The position numbers and the translations under genes are program-made. A stretch of 64,000 nt of DNA, taken from positions 558,001 through 622,000 of the forward strand of contig NW_019028997.1 of assembly GCF_002105155.1 (NCBI RefSeq), given 5' to 3'. Of this stretch, positions 27,663 to 41,826 are shown in pieces. This stretch comes from Lobosporangium transversale. Its lineage: Eukaryota. The notes beneath the pieces were generated by a model. That model searched no databases and was not told the origin of the DNA. It was given only the letters and a program-made list of their open reading frames with translations. Each line of letters begins with the position of its first letter. The first letter of the stretch is position 1.

Positions 27663-30261
27663 GATCAGTTTTAATCACTTTAATCAGTTTCAGTCATGGC
27701 CTCCATTCAACCAGAAAAGCTTACCTCTCTTTTACTCATCCACGCAAGAGTTTTCACATAAAGCACTTTCCGTCTTTCCACGCATCTATTTGTTCTATTG
27801 AATGGTCTACGAAAGACGACCTATTCACAATGTCATAGGTGCCATGGGCACATGTCCCCCCACACTGCCCCTTTGGTTCGAGAAATAAATCCAGATCAGA
27901 TTTACAGGGCTTTATTTAGTATGTATACGGACATGGTACCGTAGACATTGCTCGTCCGCAAAGCGCCTTAACCACGCAGTGCTTCTCATCCTTTTAGTCA
28001 TTTATTTACTTACTTGCCTAACGCTCTACACACATAAAATAGTCAAATATATCGCCATAACTGTCAAAAGCTTCAAAGTAAGGCTGCATATGATGGCATA
28101 CTTCGAGGAGGAATTAGAGTTGTTATGCCTTCCTGAAGCCTTTGACAATGCAAAAGGGCTAAACGTGTCCACGAACACCTAAACCAAGGCCTCTGACGAT
28201 GATAGCGAGACTGAAAAATATTCAGTAGATAGATCGTGAGCAGTAGAAAAAGTAAGTGAAAATTAGATGTGAGTCCGTATACCACACCCATGTGAGTATT
28301 TATTCATGTTCTGATAGAGGGGCTTGTGCCAAATAATTACGTATCCACCTATAAGATGGCACTACCAGCATCAAATACTGAGCCGCCCATTTTTTGAAAT
28401 CGTCCCCCTATGAAATACATCAAGTACAACATAAGCTTTCAATAGCGACTCCAACATACCACATTCTCCAAGAAGATAATTGAAACGAACCTTCAAAAGT
28501 TGTGAAAGGTCATGGTTGTTCGTAGCATCCAGTGATGCATGGAGAGCGCCCATAATAGACAGACAAAGGCAGAGGAATAGAGAGAGAGACGACCTACAAG
28601 GCGCGTTTTTCCCTCTCTCTGTAGACGTGTCTGGGTGTTGATGCCGCTCAGCGCATAATATTTAACTGATTTGCTTCTTGCACCTTTTCCTCGTCTACGT
28701 CTACTCTCAGCTGAAAATACTCTCTTGGGTGACCTCGAGGGACACTAAGGCCACAGGGAATAAGGGCTATACAGGAGATGCCCTCAGAGGCCATTGACCC
28801 AGCACCTCTCCGCCGCCGCCACATTCTCTCCGCCTCATTCCGGCTATGTTACCGCGTTGATCCTTGTCCGTGCGCAAAAGAAATAAATAAGCTTTTATTT
28901 GAGCGAGAGCCACACTCAGTTGCAATGGACATGCAGCGATACAGCGCGGCTACGATTCAATACGAACAAACTAAATAAACAATAAACAGTAATAATAATA
29001 ATTTTCTTCTCTCTTTCCCGCCAATGTTTTGGATTTTATGTGCTATGTAAATGTGAACGCACTGTAACACGGTAATCGCCTGTAACAACACACGCCCACC
29101 AAAGTAGCAGCCCGAAATCATTGACTAGGGAACAGCTCATAGACTCTACCTAAGGAATTAACCAGAGCTATGTAGTTGTGTGAGCGTAGCTAAATACATA
29201 GGGCTTTAGACATGCTATTGCTACTAGACAAAAAAAAAAAGAATACACTTTTGCACGATGTTTTCCTCTAAAGAATAAACCAATGCTTGATGAGTGGAGC
29301 TGCTTTTAAAACTAATGGTTAGCAGCCCCTATCTTTGCCACTCTTGTGTAGATTAGGTTGAAGACCCTCTTCTCTTTTCAGTAGATTATGAGTTATATTG
29401 ATTATGGAACTCGTTCGGCAAATCAAATGCACAGCCTAAACTAACAATTATAGTCAAAGCCTACCGAGCTTAACTCCACTAGGGTATTCATGTGCTTGAT
29501 TGGGCTCTTCAAGACCGTGAATGAGTGAATGTAAGTATACAGCCAGCTATATATTACTGAGGAGCTTGCTATCAATAGCTGATACAGTTTAGTCCATTGA
29601 CTTTGCTATTGATTGTCGCTACTAATTTTCTATTCCTATTTGAGGACATTTGCATTTACAACAATCACAGATCCTTCACAATTTCAGACAAAAGACAAAG
29701 ATCATTGTACCTGATCTTGTCTTTTAATATTTACTGTTAATTGTTTACTATGCTATGGTTTGCAAGCTGCATCCTGGCCCAAGAGTAGTGATGCCCTCGA
29801 TACGTGTGCATGACTAGATGTGCTTGGATTCTTTTGATGGTACTTTTTAGCATATTCTTTGATGGCGCCTTGGCTAACTGCCTTGGTAACCTTGGTTGGC
29901 TGGCCCTAGTAGCCTGGCTTTGAGATGGTTGACTGCTTTTGATTGTTTGGACTCTTATAGGTTGCCCTTGGTTGACTTTGGCTTTGGTAGTCTTTGATTT
30001 CCTTGATTGCAGCAAACTGTGTTTGATTAATTGTGGGTGCCTGGCTGCCTTCGATTGCTTTGACTTTGGTTTTCTGTCTTTGATTTTGTTGATGCAGTCT
30101 CTGGCTGGTATGGCTGAGGCAACCTTCTACCGGCTTTGTGCCTTAGCTGGCTTTCAATGAGGTTTCTTTTGGTTGAGTGGAGTGAGCTGGTTGACTTTTT
30201 TTTTTTTTTTTTTTATTTTTTTTTATTTTTTTTTGCAGTGACGTGGCTGCTATCTGCTTGC

Positions 30262-30525
30262 TTTTTGGCTTCTGGCTTTTGGTTTTTGGTTTCTGACTTT
30301 TAGTTCCTGACTTCTGGCTTTTGACTTCTGGCTTTTAGCTTCTGGCTTCTGGCTTCTGGCTTTGATCTTTTGACTTCCGACTTCTGGCATTTGGCTTCTG
30401 GCTTTTGGCTTTTGGATTCTGGCTTCTGACTTTTGGCTTCTGACTTCGGTCTTTTGACTTCCGGCTTCTGGCTTTTGGCTTCTGGCTTTTGGCTTCTGGC
30501 TTTTGGCTTTTGGATTCTGGCTTCG
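30262..30525. repeat. Degenerate 7-bp tandem repeat (TTCTGGC/TTTTGGC); a short GTTGGCT array follows at about 30636-30683
   Basis: Seen directly. Confidence 0.85.
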
Positions 30526-33500
30526 GGGAGGGGGGGTTTATTTTTTATTTTTTATTCTTTTTTTTTTTATTTTCATTTGAAGTTTTTTTTTTTTTTTTTT
30601 TTTTTTGGTTTTTTTTATTTGGGTTTTTATATGACCGTTGGCTGTTAACTGTTGGCCGTTGGCTGTTGGCTGTTGGCTGTTGGTTATTAGCTCTGAGGCT
30701 ATTTCTCCAGGCGCTCTACCTCGGCCTGATGCTCTTTCCCAGGCCTTCTGCTTTCCTCCATGGACAGTAGGCCTCGCTTCTCCAAGCAAAAGTCCCATTG
30801 CAGTGGTCTATCAAACGACTAACCAATGGAGCCTCACTTTGACCAGAGCATCTTTGGTTCAGACGGCAGGAAACAGGGGTCACACAACATGACGCCTCTA
30901 CGCCATGCACCCACTACGACCAGACGTCCCTGGCGCAGCATCGCTAATTGGATAACCTAAGAATGATAAGTCAGCAACAATGAACCATTCACAAAGCCCT
31001 ATAGAGCACCGAGTTGCCAAAGATTCCATCTAACCAGAGAGAACGAAAGCAAAGGTAAAATAGAATTAATATGTTCATTGTGTCTTTTTTTTTACCTACC
31101 TTAGATGCTACCAGGCCTCGATAGCACCTGATCCTGATCCTGATCCTGGTCCTGCTGGAGGGGGAATCTCCTTGACGGCCGAGGCTCGAGCTCTACAGGT
31201 CCCTGTGAATAATTCATTGGTACTGACTTACCATTCTTAGACTACCGCAACTGTGTGTCATCCTGTCCCTACGCGAAATCCCCAGAGATACTCGGATCAA
31301 AGTGAGGCCCAGAGGCTAGAAGCTCTCTAGCGCCACCACAATGGTCCTCCCTCAAGGAGTCGTGAGGGTCCGACGGAGTGGAACCCCCCATCAGAGCAGA
31401 TGAGGAGTTCGTAGGAGGCGGCAGAGGGGCCCCCGGGCTCCGATGGTAGGACGGAGTGGAGCCCTTATCGAAACGGATAGGCCCCTATGGAAAGAGCCGA
31501 AGAAAGAAATAAAAAAAAAAAAAAAAAGCGTGGTTAGAATATTTGGTAACCAAAGTACAGATGACCATATCTCATTACAAAGAACAGTATAACGCAGCAA
31601 ACCCAAAGAGAAAAAAAGTGCAATATGTTTACTCAATAAGAGAGAATACTTACAGATCCGCTTGGGGCCCCATTTCGGTAAGCACTGCATGAACTTATTG
31701 CAGTCTTTAGGATGGCCGCCGCTGAGCATCCAGAGGTAGTGTTTCTTGTGATGACTAGAAGGACAAAGGTAAAAGAATAGGAATAAGTTAATGGACCTGC
31801 TGGACTCATTTAGCAATAGCTAAGCAGTGGGTGACGGTAGGCAAGAGAAAGTGAAGCCATGCTAGATACTTACTTGATGACGGCTCTATAGTGGGTTGTA
31901 TTTCACGCCTGGGATAGAGCATTTTTTATGGCCTCTGTGTGGCCTTTGTAGTGCAAGTGAAGGGGAGGTGGAGAGGATGTGGGTGAAGAGAGGAGAAAAG
32001 AAAAGAAAAGCTGGGAGGAGAGGAAGGGTATTTATGAAAACTGTTTTCCATTTTGTGTCGTCCGTATGACGTTTTACAGCAACGCAAAGGAAACTTGGTA
32101 TCCCACTGCCAAAGGTATTAAATAATAATAAGAATACTAATAATATTCATCATATGTCAGCAATAAAGAAAGCCATTGTGAAGTATAATAGTAAGCGAAT
32201 GAGCGAGTAAAAAATAAATATTTAAAATGTAAAGAGATAACGCGTTTAGAGGGTAATGCCACAAAAATATTTATCTTTCCGCCATGACGCCCTCGGTCAG
32301 ATGTTCGCTATTTTCTGGTTGGTCAAAACATTTACACGGCAGATAAGGGAAGCAGACATTGTCCACCTCGGTAAAATTAACCTTTTTTATCTCCAAATGC
32401 TGCATGAATGAGTATGGAAAGAACCATTGAGCCAAATATAATGAATAATACAAACTAATGCATTATATAGACATATACTTACTTGCTGTCGACGACGAGG
32501 GCTCTTTGGCGGATTGTACTTTGGAGAAAAGGAGAAAGGATGAATGCCGAGTGGTTTTTGAAATCGCTCAGGGAAAATAGTAAGTGAAACCAATTTGAGA
32601 TCACAAAGTATTGATTGAATAACAATACAAATACGGCATTTTGCTTTTAAGCAAGAAAAAAAAAAAAGGAAAAAGAAAGCGGCATAGCGGGAATTGAAAA
32701 TCGATCATCTGCGCACCCGTGATATCATTCGTCAATTTTCATATGCTTACAAGGTGGAGAAAGAGAAAAACATTCCATCCTCAAAGACATGCAGGGTCAT
32801 ACATACAACAATCTGCCTGCCCACAACATGAGCACGAGCCACATTGCTCTCTTTGGTGTACAGCAAAGAGAGAATAAAGGACCGAGAAGTGTAAAGCGAC
32901 TAAAGTAAAGGGACAGGATTCAGAGCACAATAGCTTATCAACGCTCGCATGCTCCCATTTTTCACCAGCGTTAAGCTCGAGTACCTTTTTTTGTTTAGCA
33001 ATAGAGCCCATCAGACACTATCAGTCAAATTTGCTACTTAATTCCCTTCTTCTCTTCTCTCTCTTCACCCCTTACAATGAATAGGATAAACTACCGTGGG
33101 AACTCTGCTTCAGCAGTTTTTGTCCGAACAAACTTTTTTTTTTTTTTTTTTTCCTTTTTTCCTTTTCCTTTTCAGGACGCCAAAAAGATACGGCACGTCA
33201 TTCCCTCGATACGATTGTGTGCTTTTTATTGGTCGATACATAAACGTTGATACTTTATTTCACCTTCAAACAAAGGAATTATAAACGCACCGCTTAATCA
33301 GCTATTCACTAATCTTTATATATCCTATATTGTATTGCATGAAAATAAAACTAATAAATAATATTCTGAGGATTTGTCATGTGTTATTTTCTATCACACT
33401 CTGGAAAAACGGCAATCTGCCAATGTACAGTTCCAACGATTAGTCTATCCCATCTCTTGTTAGGAGTGAAGAAAGAGAATAGAATAATAAGATTAAGATG

Positions 33501-34489
33501 ATGATTCCCTTTACCAACAAGAGTAAATAACTCGAGATCAATGCAGCTCATGCTCTGTTTGGTTGTGGGCAGGCTTTTATTACGAGTCTTGAAGACAGAG
33601 TGTCTTCTCCATCTCTACTCGTGAGAGTCTCTTCATTATCATATGAAATATGACAGATGACATCAAATACACGTATATTTATTTATTTTTTATCTTTTTA
33701 AATTGTTGCTCATCTTTTATTGGTCGCTCTTGAGCGTACAGCAAGCAAGGTACTTAGTACATCGTGCTTTTGAAATATAATCACTACTCGTCCCTTCTCC
33801 TCTTCTTTCGCGGACGTAAAAAAATGATAAGAAAAACGAATATAAAAAAGACCAATTTTGATTCTCTTCTTTTTTTTTTTTCTTTTCTCTTCTCTTTCTC
33901 CTCGGTCTCCTTGACCATCGGCCTCCTCAACCAAGATTAAAGGTAAGCAACACTCTCCAAACACACACTCCTACTGAAGTCTTCAACCTTCTTGCTCTGC
34001 GCTGTACTGTTCTTGTTCTGATGTTTCTTCCCCTACCTCTTTCTTTTCATTCCATGATTAGACTGTAAACGACATGAACCCATCGAAAGCAACTGGAACT
34101 TTATAGCTCACAATGAGGCCGCTGCATCCAAACGGCCGCACTCAAACAAACAGCCGCGCTCAGACAGCCACGCTCAAACAGCCCGCCGCATCCAAGCAGC
34201 CGCACTCAAACAAGCAGCTGTAGCCAAACAGTCGTATTCAAGCGACTCCACACAAATGGCCGGACTACCACATTCGAGCGGCCAGCTCTTTTCAATGGCC
34301 AGACAGCCAGCCCGTCTCCTGGGCATGATGGCTAAATGGCGAAGGCTTCTCAGCAACTCCGGGCCACAATAACCAGATCGTTTCCCATAGCACATCCTAC
34401 AAGGTACTGGTACTGAAAGCTCGGCGCCGCCAGCTGAAGAACGAAACCAAAGAAAGGCTGAACAATCCATCAAGCCAAAACAAACACCT

Positions 34490-34721
34490 CCAAAAAAAAA
34501 GAAAAAAAAAGAAGAAAAAAAAGAAAAAAACAAAAAAAAAGAAGAAAAAAAAGAAAAAAACAAAAAAAAAAGAGACGAAAACAAAAAAAAAAAAAAAGAA
34601 ATAAAAAGAAGAAAAAAAAGAAAAAAACAAAAAAAGAGACGAAAACAAAAAAAAAAAAAAGAAATAAAAACAAAAGAAAAAAAAAGAGACGAAAAACAAA
34701 GAAAAAAAAAGAGACGAAAAA

Positions 34722-34758
<37 letters not shown>

Positions 34759-34890
34759 GATGAAAAAAAATATAAATAATCCAAAGAAAAGAACAAAAAA
34801 AAAATCAAAGACAAAAACAAAAATCCAAAGAAAAAAAAATCCAAATAAAAAAAAAAAAACCTCAAACCAGAAAAAAAAAAAAAAAAAAAT
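34490..34890. repeat. A-rich low-complexity array with recurring GAGACGAAAA(A)C units
   Basis: Seen directly. Preceded by short GCCGCACTCAAACA-like repeats at about 34130-34230. Confidence 0.75.
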
Positions 34891-35554
34891 TCATACTAAC
34901 ACCCTTTAATATAGCAACAATGCATATCCAAGGTAGGTCCGAACGGGCATGAGCCTACGCTGGTCCTTGAATGAGCCATGCGGTGGCGGAGCCCCTTCGG
35001 TTGGGAATGGGAATGGGAATGGGAAAATGGGTTAATGGGTGTGTGTGCGGGCGTTTGCAAGGCCATGGGGCCTGACCAACGGAGCACGATATGCCAGACC
35101 ACCTCCACGTGGTGTGCTCCGGACAACATCTTGGAGAGTCTTTTCGATGGTGACAAAGGAAAGTGCTTTCCAAGGTGGCTAAGAGTCTGGCTTCTTGTAG
35201 AATAGTAGCCAGGTAAGCTAGATAGCTAGATAGCAAGCAACCATTAATAAAAAAGTGTAAAAAAAAAAAAGCTTTAAATGCACTCTGAAAATTGAAAAAC
35301 TTAGTAGAGGCAACATTGCTTAGATGATAGAGTCGCTCATTTTTTTTTCTTTTCTCTGTTGTACACCACACAAAGAGGGCAATGTGGCTCGTGCTCTTGT
35401 TTGCACAGGATTGTTGTTTGCAGATCATTGAAGATGGAATGTTATTAATGCTCTTTTCATCCCACCTACACCCGTGAGAGCTCTTTCTTTCTCATCTTGC
35501 AAAGATATGAAAATTGATGGATGATGTCATCGGTGCGCTGATTATCCATTTTCA

Positions 35555-35589
<35 letters not shown>

Positions 35590-36340
35590 ACACACGCTCT
35601 AGGTTATTTTATTTTGTTTTATTTTCTCCTCTCTCTTTTTTTCACACATCGTCACATCGTCACATCATCACATCATCAAAGAGCATAACCGGGACGCCGA
35701 TTGCTTCTCAATGATCTCGCTCTCGAGGGGTAAATCCAAGTTGACATTGCTGACACTGATGAGTCACAAGCTTTGGACTATTCTCTGTCCTAATTGTTTG
35801 TTGCTGTATCTCCAAGCCATTGCAACTGTTGGTGCTATTTTTTATGGAGAAGATGAAGAGATCCTTGGATTCAGCGAGTTCCTTCCTGTGCAAACCTACA
35901 GAATGTAAAAACCACCCGAAAAGATTGTGGTCTACGCGGTCATCAAGCCTGTTTTTTTTTTAATGGGTGTAGTTCCTACTACTTGAGCTAATAGCCAAGC
36001 GAAGTGGCACTATCAGATTCCATCTTAGGCAGGGCGTCAAGCAAGACTCCCTTCGCCGAAAAAGAATCATGATGTATGGATGTTCAGTGGGAATAGAAGC
36101 TGATAGGCTGAAGCTACTGAATACAAACTAAAAACATCCAAACTGAATGCACAAGCCAATGATAATCTTGGAGATTTAACAGAACTTGACAATTTTTTGA
36201 TTTGCAATCCCCATCGCGCTCGATGGGTTTCCAAATTAAAATCGAGAAAATAAATTGTCCATTTCCACATCTGTCTTCAATCTGCCATCCTAACTTTTAC
36301 TGCAACCTGTGCCAACATATTTGTACCTACTTATAAGGCC

Positions 36341-37048
36341 GCTAAGGTCGGCTGAGGCCAATCACTTTTTGTTGCACACATTTGTCCCAAAGAACAAACA
36401 TTTCTCTCTCCTTGTTGCTTTGTATTACTGTAAACTGGAAGGGGTGGCTCAAGGAGCAGGCTATGGTAACTATGAAAGTGATGAATAAAGTTATGGGTAT
36501 CGATTATGGTGATTCAGGATCGCTTTTACAAGATCTCGGAGAGTATTTTTTTTGCGACCTTCAAATTCTTGTTAGAAATCGCTTTGGAGAACTCATTCGA
36601 AAGATCTGAAAGAGCTCTCTCTGCCTCTTCATTGCCAGTGACAACAAGCTCTCTACTGTCCGAAAAAAGACCAAGCAGTCGCCTTGTAATATTTGCAGCA
36701 TCTGAGTGGTCGTCTTGCTGCGGTTCTTCAATGTCATAAAAATGCAGAGTAATCTTGGCCTGCTTGTTTTGCCCTGCCCTTATTGCAAGGCTCCGAAGGG
36801 CAAGACTTAGTGGTACCTTGTACTGAGAGAGTGAGAAAATGGTAACAGGCAGTAAGTAGAGTGAGCCATATCCCAGCAATGCTTCTGGACGTTCTGTATA
36901 TATCGTCAATTTCCATGGAATGGTAGCCATCGGAACAAACAACAGGAACTGAGAGAACAAAGGAGACACTACTCCAAAAATATAAGAGAATACCACACTT
37001 AAAACATTGGAGCGGACACCACACTAAAAGGCATAATAAACACATAAT
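36341..37048 (-). pseudogene. Internally deleted second copy of the 28S-end / orphan zinc-finger ORF / 27-bp-repeat cassette
   Basis: 36341-36385 resembles the final ~45 nt of LSU rRNA on the plus strand. About 36383-36900 matches 24041-24562, 36899-36935 matches 25077-25113, and 36936-37048 matches 25806 onward with about 3 diverged 27-bp units. Confidence 0.9.
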
Positions 37049-37709
37049 CTCTTGGGCAAAAGGTTGGTATTGTTCGAGCGTATCAAAACTATGATCCTTT
37101 CACTTACAAATCTGTGAAGAGAGAGTCGATCTTCCTAATCATTCTTTTCCCGAGCGCTTCGCAGGGCTAACGCGGAAACCCGTCGCAGTTCTCGCAGCTG
37201 CCGTTATGGGTTTAAGCTTCTTGGGTCGCATTTGAGATGTACCATATGCGCAAGGCATTTCCCACTAGTATTTTCAGGACCATATTTCAAGGAGCTGGTG
37301 TGACTGGTTTGCCGGCAACGTACGCTGGCAAAATATCTATGAATGCCAACAGCACTATCCTAGCAATGTGAGCCTGCGATCAATCGTTTTTTTTTTTTTA
37401 ATAAATATTTTTTGACCAGAATGGAGGCTGACTCGGCAACATACCTTTAGCAGTAAAGAAATCACTAAGGAGGTAGGAAATAATAGAGATGGATACTAGC
37501 TTGGGCGGGATAAGGTGGAAGTTGGGAAATGCGCAGAGGAGTGGAGGCTATTTAAAGATGAATAAAGTGGCATCGTGATGATAGAGCTTGATACATGGAT
37601 TTTACTGATTTTTTACTGATTGATTTTTGCGGTTGGTTTTTGTTTGGTTTTTAATGGTTGATTTTTATTGATTGTGATGGCTGGTTTTCCATAACTATTT
37701 AAGGGTTGG

Positions 37710-37737
37710 AATGTGCACAAAGCGTGAGTTGATCCGC

Positions 37738-37786
<49 letters not shown>

Positions 37787-37850
37787 GCAGCAGCATTGTC
37801 CAACTCGAAAGTCCTTCTTTTTTTTTTTTCTTTTTTTTCGCCTCAAATAG
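37710..37850 (-). pseudogene. Crinkler-like N-terminal relic interrupted by an expanded (GTT)n microsatellite
   Basis: Minus strand reads ..DNAAAV(V)n ADQLTLCAH, matching the CRN F.DV.AD.LTLW motif and the 58610-58700 relic. Confidence 0.45.
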
Positions 37851-38325
37851 TAAATGTCATCTTGGCTCTATAGCCCATGCACATGAGGCCGTACATTATT
37901 GACGATGTATGCTTGATCTGTTTATTAGCTTATGTTATTCATGAGCCGATATTTATTCATTGAGCGCAATATTAAGTGCATAGCAAGCGTTTAATATATT
38001 ACAGTTGTTTCCAGACGATCATCAACCTATATTCATGAGTCTATACCCATGATACTACTAAATAAAACGAACTCTCAGCAGCCTTGGTATGCTAAGATTC
38101 CCTTTTAAAGAGAGAGACCAGACAGCGAAGGTTCAAAAGGCACCAATGTTATGAGCGTTTGTTACTATCAGTCAGCTTATTTGGATCAAACTAACATTCT
38201 TAACTATCGACTATATTGATGACCAAACCAATCAAATAAATCTAGCAATGGCCCATGTTTATCAGTCAGCATCGAGCGTGTTACACCACTGGGAATATTT
38301 GGGTGTCGGTTAAGGTACTCTCACA

Positions 38326-40348
38326 CATGAATGGCCAAAGTCGCGTTGGTCTTGCGTGCCTCTGACAGCGTAAGGGCTCCTTCGCCCCTGATTGAGTTGT
38401 ATCCCAGTTACAAGGTAGTGTTAACCTTGAGTGCCTGTGGCAGTACAAGAGCTCCTTCGCTCCCAACTGAGTTGCACCACAAGGCCAAAGTAGTCAAGGT
38501 TGTGTTAACCTTGAGTGCCTCTGACAGTGCAAGGGCTCCTTCGTCCCCAACTGAGTTGTACCGCAAGTTCAAACAAGTCAAGGTTGTGTTAATCTTGAGT
38601 GCCTGTGACAGTACAAGAGCTCCTTCCTTCCCAATTGAGTTGTACCGCAAGTCCAAAGCAGTCAAGGTTGTGTTAGCCTTGAGTGTCTCTGACAGTACAA
38701 GGGCTCCTTCATCCCCAATTGCTTTACTACTGAAGCTCAAAGAAGTCAAGGTTGTGTTCGTCTTCGACAGCAACAGAATTCCTTCCTTCCCAAGCGAGTC
38801 GTACTCCAAGTCCAAAGTGACCAAAGTTGTATTGGTCTTGAGCACTTCTAACAGTGCAAGAGCTCCTTCCTTCCCAATGGAGTTGCCCATCAAATCTAGT
38901 GTGGTCAAAGTCCTGTTAGCCTTGAGTCCCTCTGATAGTGCCATGACTCCTTTATCTCCAATTCGGTTGCACATCAAATCCAGCGTGGTCAAAGTCTTGT
39001 TAGTCTTGAGTGCTTCTGATAGTTCCAGAACTTATTCATCCCCAATTGAAAGGCCCTTCAAGTTCAACGTAGTAATAGCGTTATCGTCCCTGAGTGTATT
39101 TGCGAGTGATCGAAAGTCACTAGCATCAATCTCTCGAGGCTTCATCTCAATAGTTAGCTTTTGAAGGTGTGGTGGCCTGCTGAGCTGTAAACTGGGGACC
39201 TTTATAGTGTTCGGAGGTAAAACAATATGGATCGCCTTCATGCTGCTAAGTTCTATGATGTGAACAAGCATTCCATATCTGGGAGCCATTGAAAGTATTT
39301 CTTTGGTGGTGCTTTCTTGAAACTCTCCGAGTTCAAGCCGAAGGATCGATACACTTGACTTCTTTAGTGCTTCTTCAAATGCTTCAAGATCACTTTTACT
39401 CCAATTCCAGTCAAAACTGATATCCAACTCGTAAACACGTCTTGCATTGGTCAGCGCATTGAAGAATTCTTCAGCTGTGGTTTTGGATTTCAATGTGATG
39501 ATCACTTTGCCAAGGTGCAAGTCATATTCGCCGCCATTCAACCCCACTACCTTTTTGAACACTTTCTGTTCTGCTTCTCCATATGTCCAACGATAGTGAT
39601 CTATACAGACCCATTTGACATGGCCTGTCTCTGTCGTGATCCTGTACAAGTTGCCAAGTTGTTTATCTTCATCATTGTTTTGAAGGAATTTCCCCAGTTG
39701 CAGCTTAAGCATTTCATCGTCCTTCTTTCTGGCTTCCAGTAACAGGTCAATCACCATGTTGCTCTTTTCCAACATCATCTCTGCAATCGTTTTAAGGTTA
39801 GAGTTGATCATTTCAGTTTGTGCGTTGTCGCGAGTAGTAAGGATTGAGTTGAAAGAATGAACCAAGTTTGATAATGGGTAAAATATCCTGGGAGGCTAGA
39901 TTGGTTGGTACTCCCAACGCGGACAAACTGATGACGGCCATGCTGTTGCTGCTGGCACTGGTGCTACTATTACTGCTGCTATTACAGTTGCAGGCCTGTG
40001 GTTCTGCTGTAATGACGTCCAGGATCTTGTCAGGATAGAATGCAATGCGTGGGGGTTCGATTCTAGTAGGACGAAAGAAAAATCAAAGTTAGGATACGCA
40101 CTTACTTTTTGTTCCTGAGCAACACAAATGGTAAAATAAAACTCTTACCTGTTACCATTAGAGTCTTGAAGGAACAGGATGGGATGTCCATCCAACTTGA
40201 ATCGCTGTGCATCTGGAAACACATCCTGAATGTCTTGCAAACACACATAGTATGACGAGTCGCCATTGCTTGCCGAGATGGAAGCAATCCTGACACCGAC
40301 TTCTTCAATGATGTCAGCTTTTCGGAATCGTTGGTATTGTTGGGTCAT
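38326..40348 (-). pseudogene. LRR family paralog 2 (pseudogene)
   Basis: ATG 40348, intron 40148-40063. Frameshift near 39870, an in-frame deletion joining LKLQ to LGKFLQ that removes most of the PRLF/CECGEH domain, TAA at 39034-39032 and a further stop at 38410-38408. About 9 LRRs. Confidence 0.9.
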
Positions 40349-41299
40349 GGAGATGAGTCGAGGGATGATGATGAAAAGGAAGAATGAAAAGATTCGTTCA
40401 TTCTATTTTTTATGCATTTTCTTTTTTTTGCTTCGCCATTTGGTGACGCAGGTGAGAAATATGGCTGTAACGTACTTTCTTGTTGTTTAGAGCTTGATCT
40501 TGCTTGACATACTAGTTGTTTTTCCATCCATGGATACGATCCACTTGTGTCCTTGGCTTAAAGTAAAGTGCTCCTTGTTGAAGGCAAAGATGCTTTCGAA
40601 TGATGTTGCATCGATTATGACCAGACATGGTTATACCAACCAACAATGCCCTGCTTACGAAAGATAGTTCAGGCTTCGAGCTACCGACTACTATGTTAAG
40701 CAATAATGGCAGATAACGGAGCGATGACTATAAAATATCTGTAGTTTGCAATGGTACTCTAGTCAAGTTGATAAGAGCGGTAGCTCATAGCTTTATATTG
40801 ACTTCTGATGAAAAGGTGATGATCTGAAATTAGAGTATATGGCCCAGCACAATACAAAAGCTGATACTTTGATCATAAATTTGGACCGCTGCTGTCAATA
40901 TCCAATATCAAAACCGAAAATGCCATATGATTTTTACTTTACATAGCTGCCTCAGGGAGAGAGCTTGGTCGACAGATGTATTGGAGCATCTGTGCAGCAT
41001 GGACTTTCATACAAGTGGACCAGGACTTATAAAAAGCAAAGATTTGCACTTCCAGAGCTGAGTAAATGACTAGGTATACTATCCTTACCAATATCACAAT
41101 AATGGTGATCGACCATATCTTCCAAAGCTATCAACTCTTCAAGACCAAAAAGATATCATGACGCCAAATCCATGGTGATGAAGCAAGTCCTTGTGGAGAT
41201 ATTAAAGTAACAGTAAAAAATAACTAAAACACTCACTCAGTTATGCGTGTTAGTGCATGAAGAGCAAGTCTTGTCCAGACAAACAACGGCCCACTTCGT

Positions 41300-41640
41300 A
41301 CTCAATGGCTTTTAATTTTTCTTTGTTGTTCAATCGAGTCGAGCAGGAGAGACTTACTAATGGAGTTATATAGCTTATCATAAAATATCCTTTCAGAGAG
41401 AGAGGAGTATTCGAAACTCATTTGGATGCGTCGCACATAAAGAGCGACTTGGACAAGTAATTCTTCAGACTTAGGTCTATTCAATCGGGAATAATATTTG
41501 GAGAATGCTTGGAAACGCGACAAAAGGGAAGCTAACTCATTTGTGAAGACATTTGGAAGATATGTTGTAGATGATTAGAGGAGCATATACGGATAGTGAG
41601 GATAGTATGTAAGAGAGCGAGAAGTCCAAGGGTTCAAGAA
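41300..41640 (-). pseudogene. Degenerate repeated coding fragment, possibly an F-box-like N-terminus
   Basis: Reverse complement of about 63650-64000, with a partial copy at about 23100-23220. The 63.7 kb copy reads CLPYVFTNELAFLCRVSKH, reminiscent of F-box motifs. Confidence 0.35.
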
Positions 41641-41826
41641 AATGATGTAAAATTATTTTTTATTTCTTATTTTTATTTTATTTTAATTTCCATATTTTTG
41701 TTTTTATTTCTTATTTTTATTTCTTATTTTTTATTTCCTTAATTTAATTCTTATTTTATTTCTATTTACTATTTGTTTTTTTTTTTTTTTAATATTTTGT
41801 TTAATGATTTAATTTTATCTCACTTC

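Noticed and set aside
29060..29330. Solo LTR with primer-binding site (TGTAAC.. and tggttagcagc)
   Set aside because: No second LTR, TSD or recognisable gag/pol found.
32670..32745. tRNA-like 3' half on the minus strand (..ttcaattcccgctatgccgc)
   Set aside because: I could not build a cloverleaf or matching acceptor stem; tRNAscan-SE would be needed.
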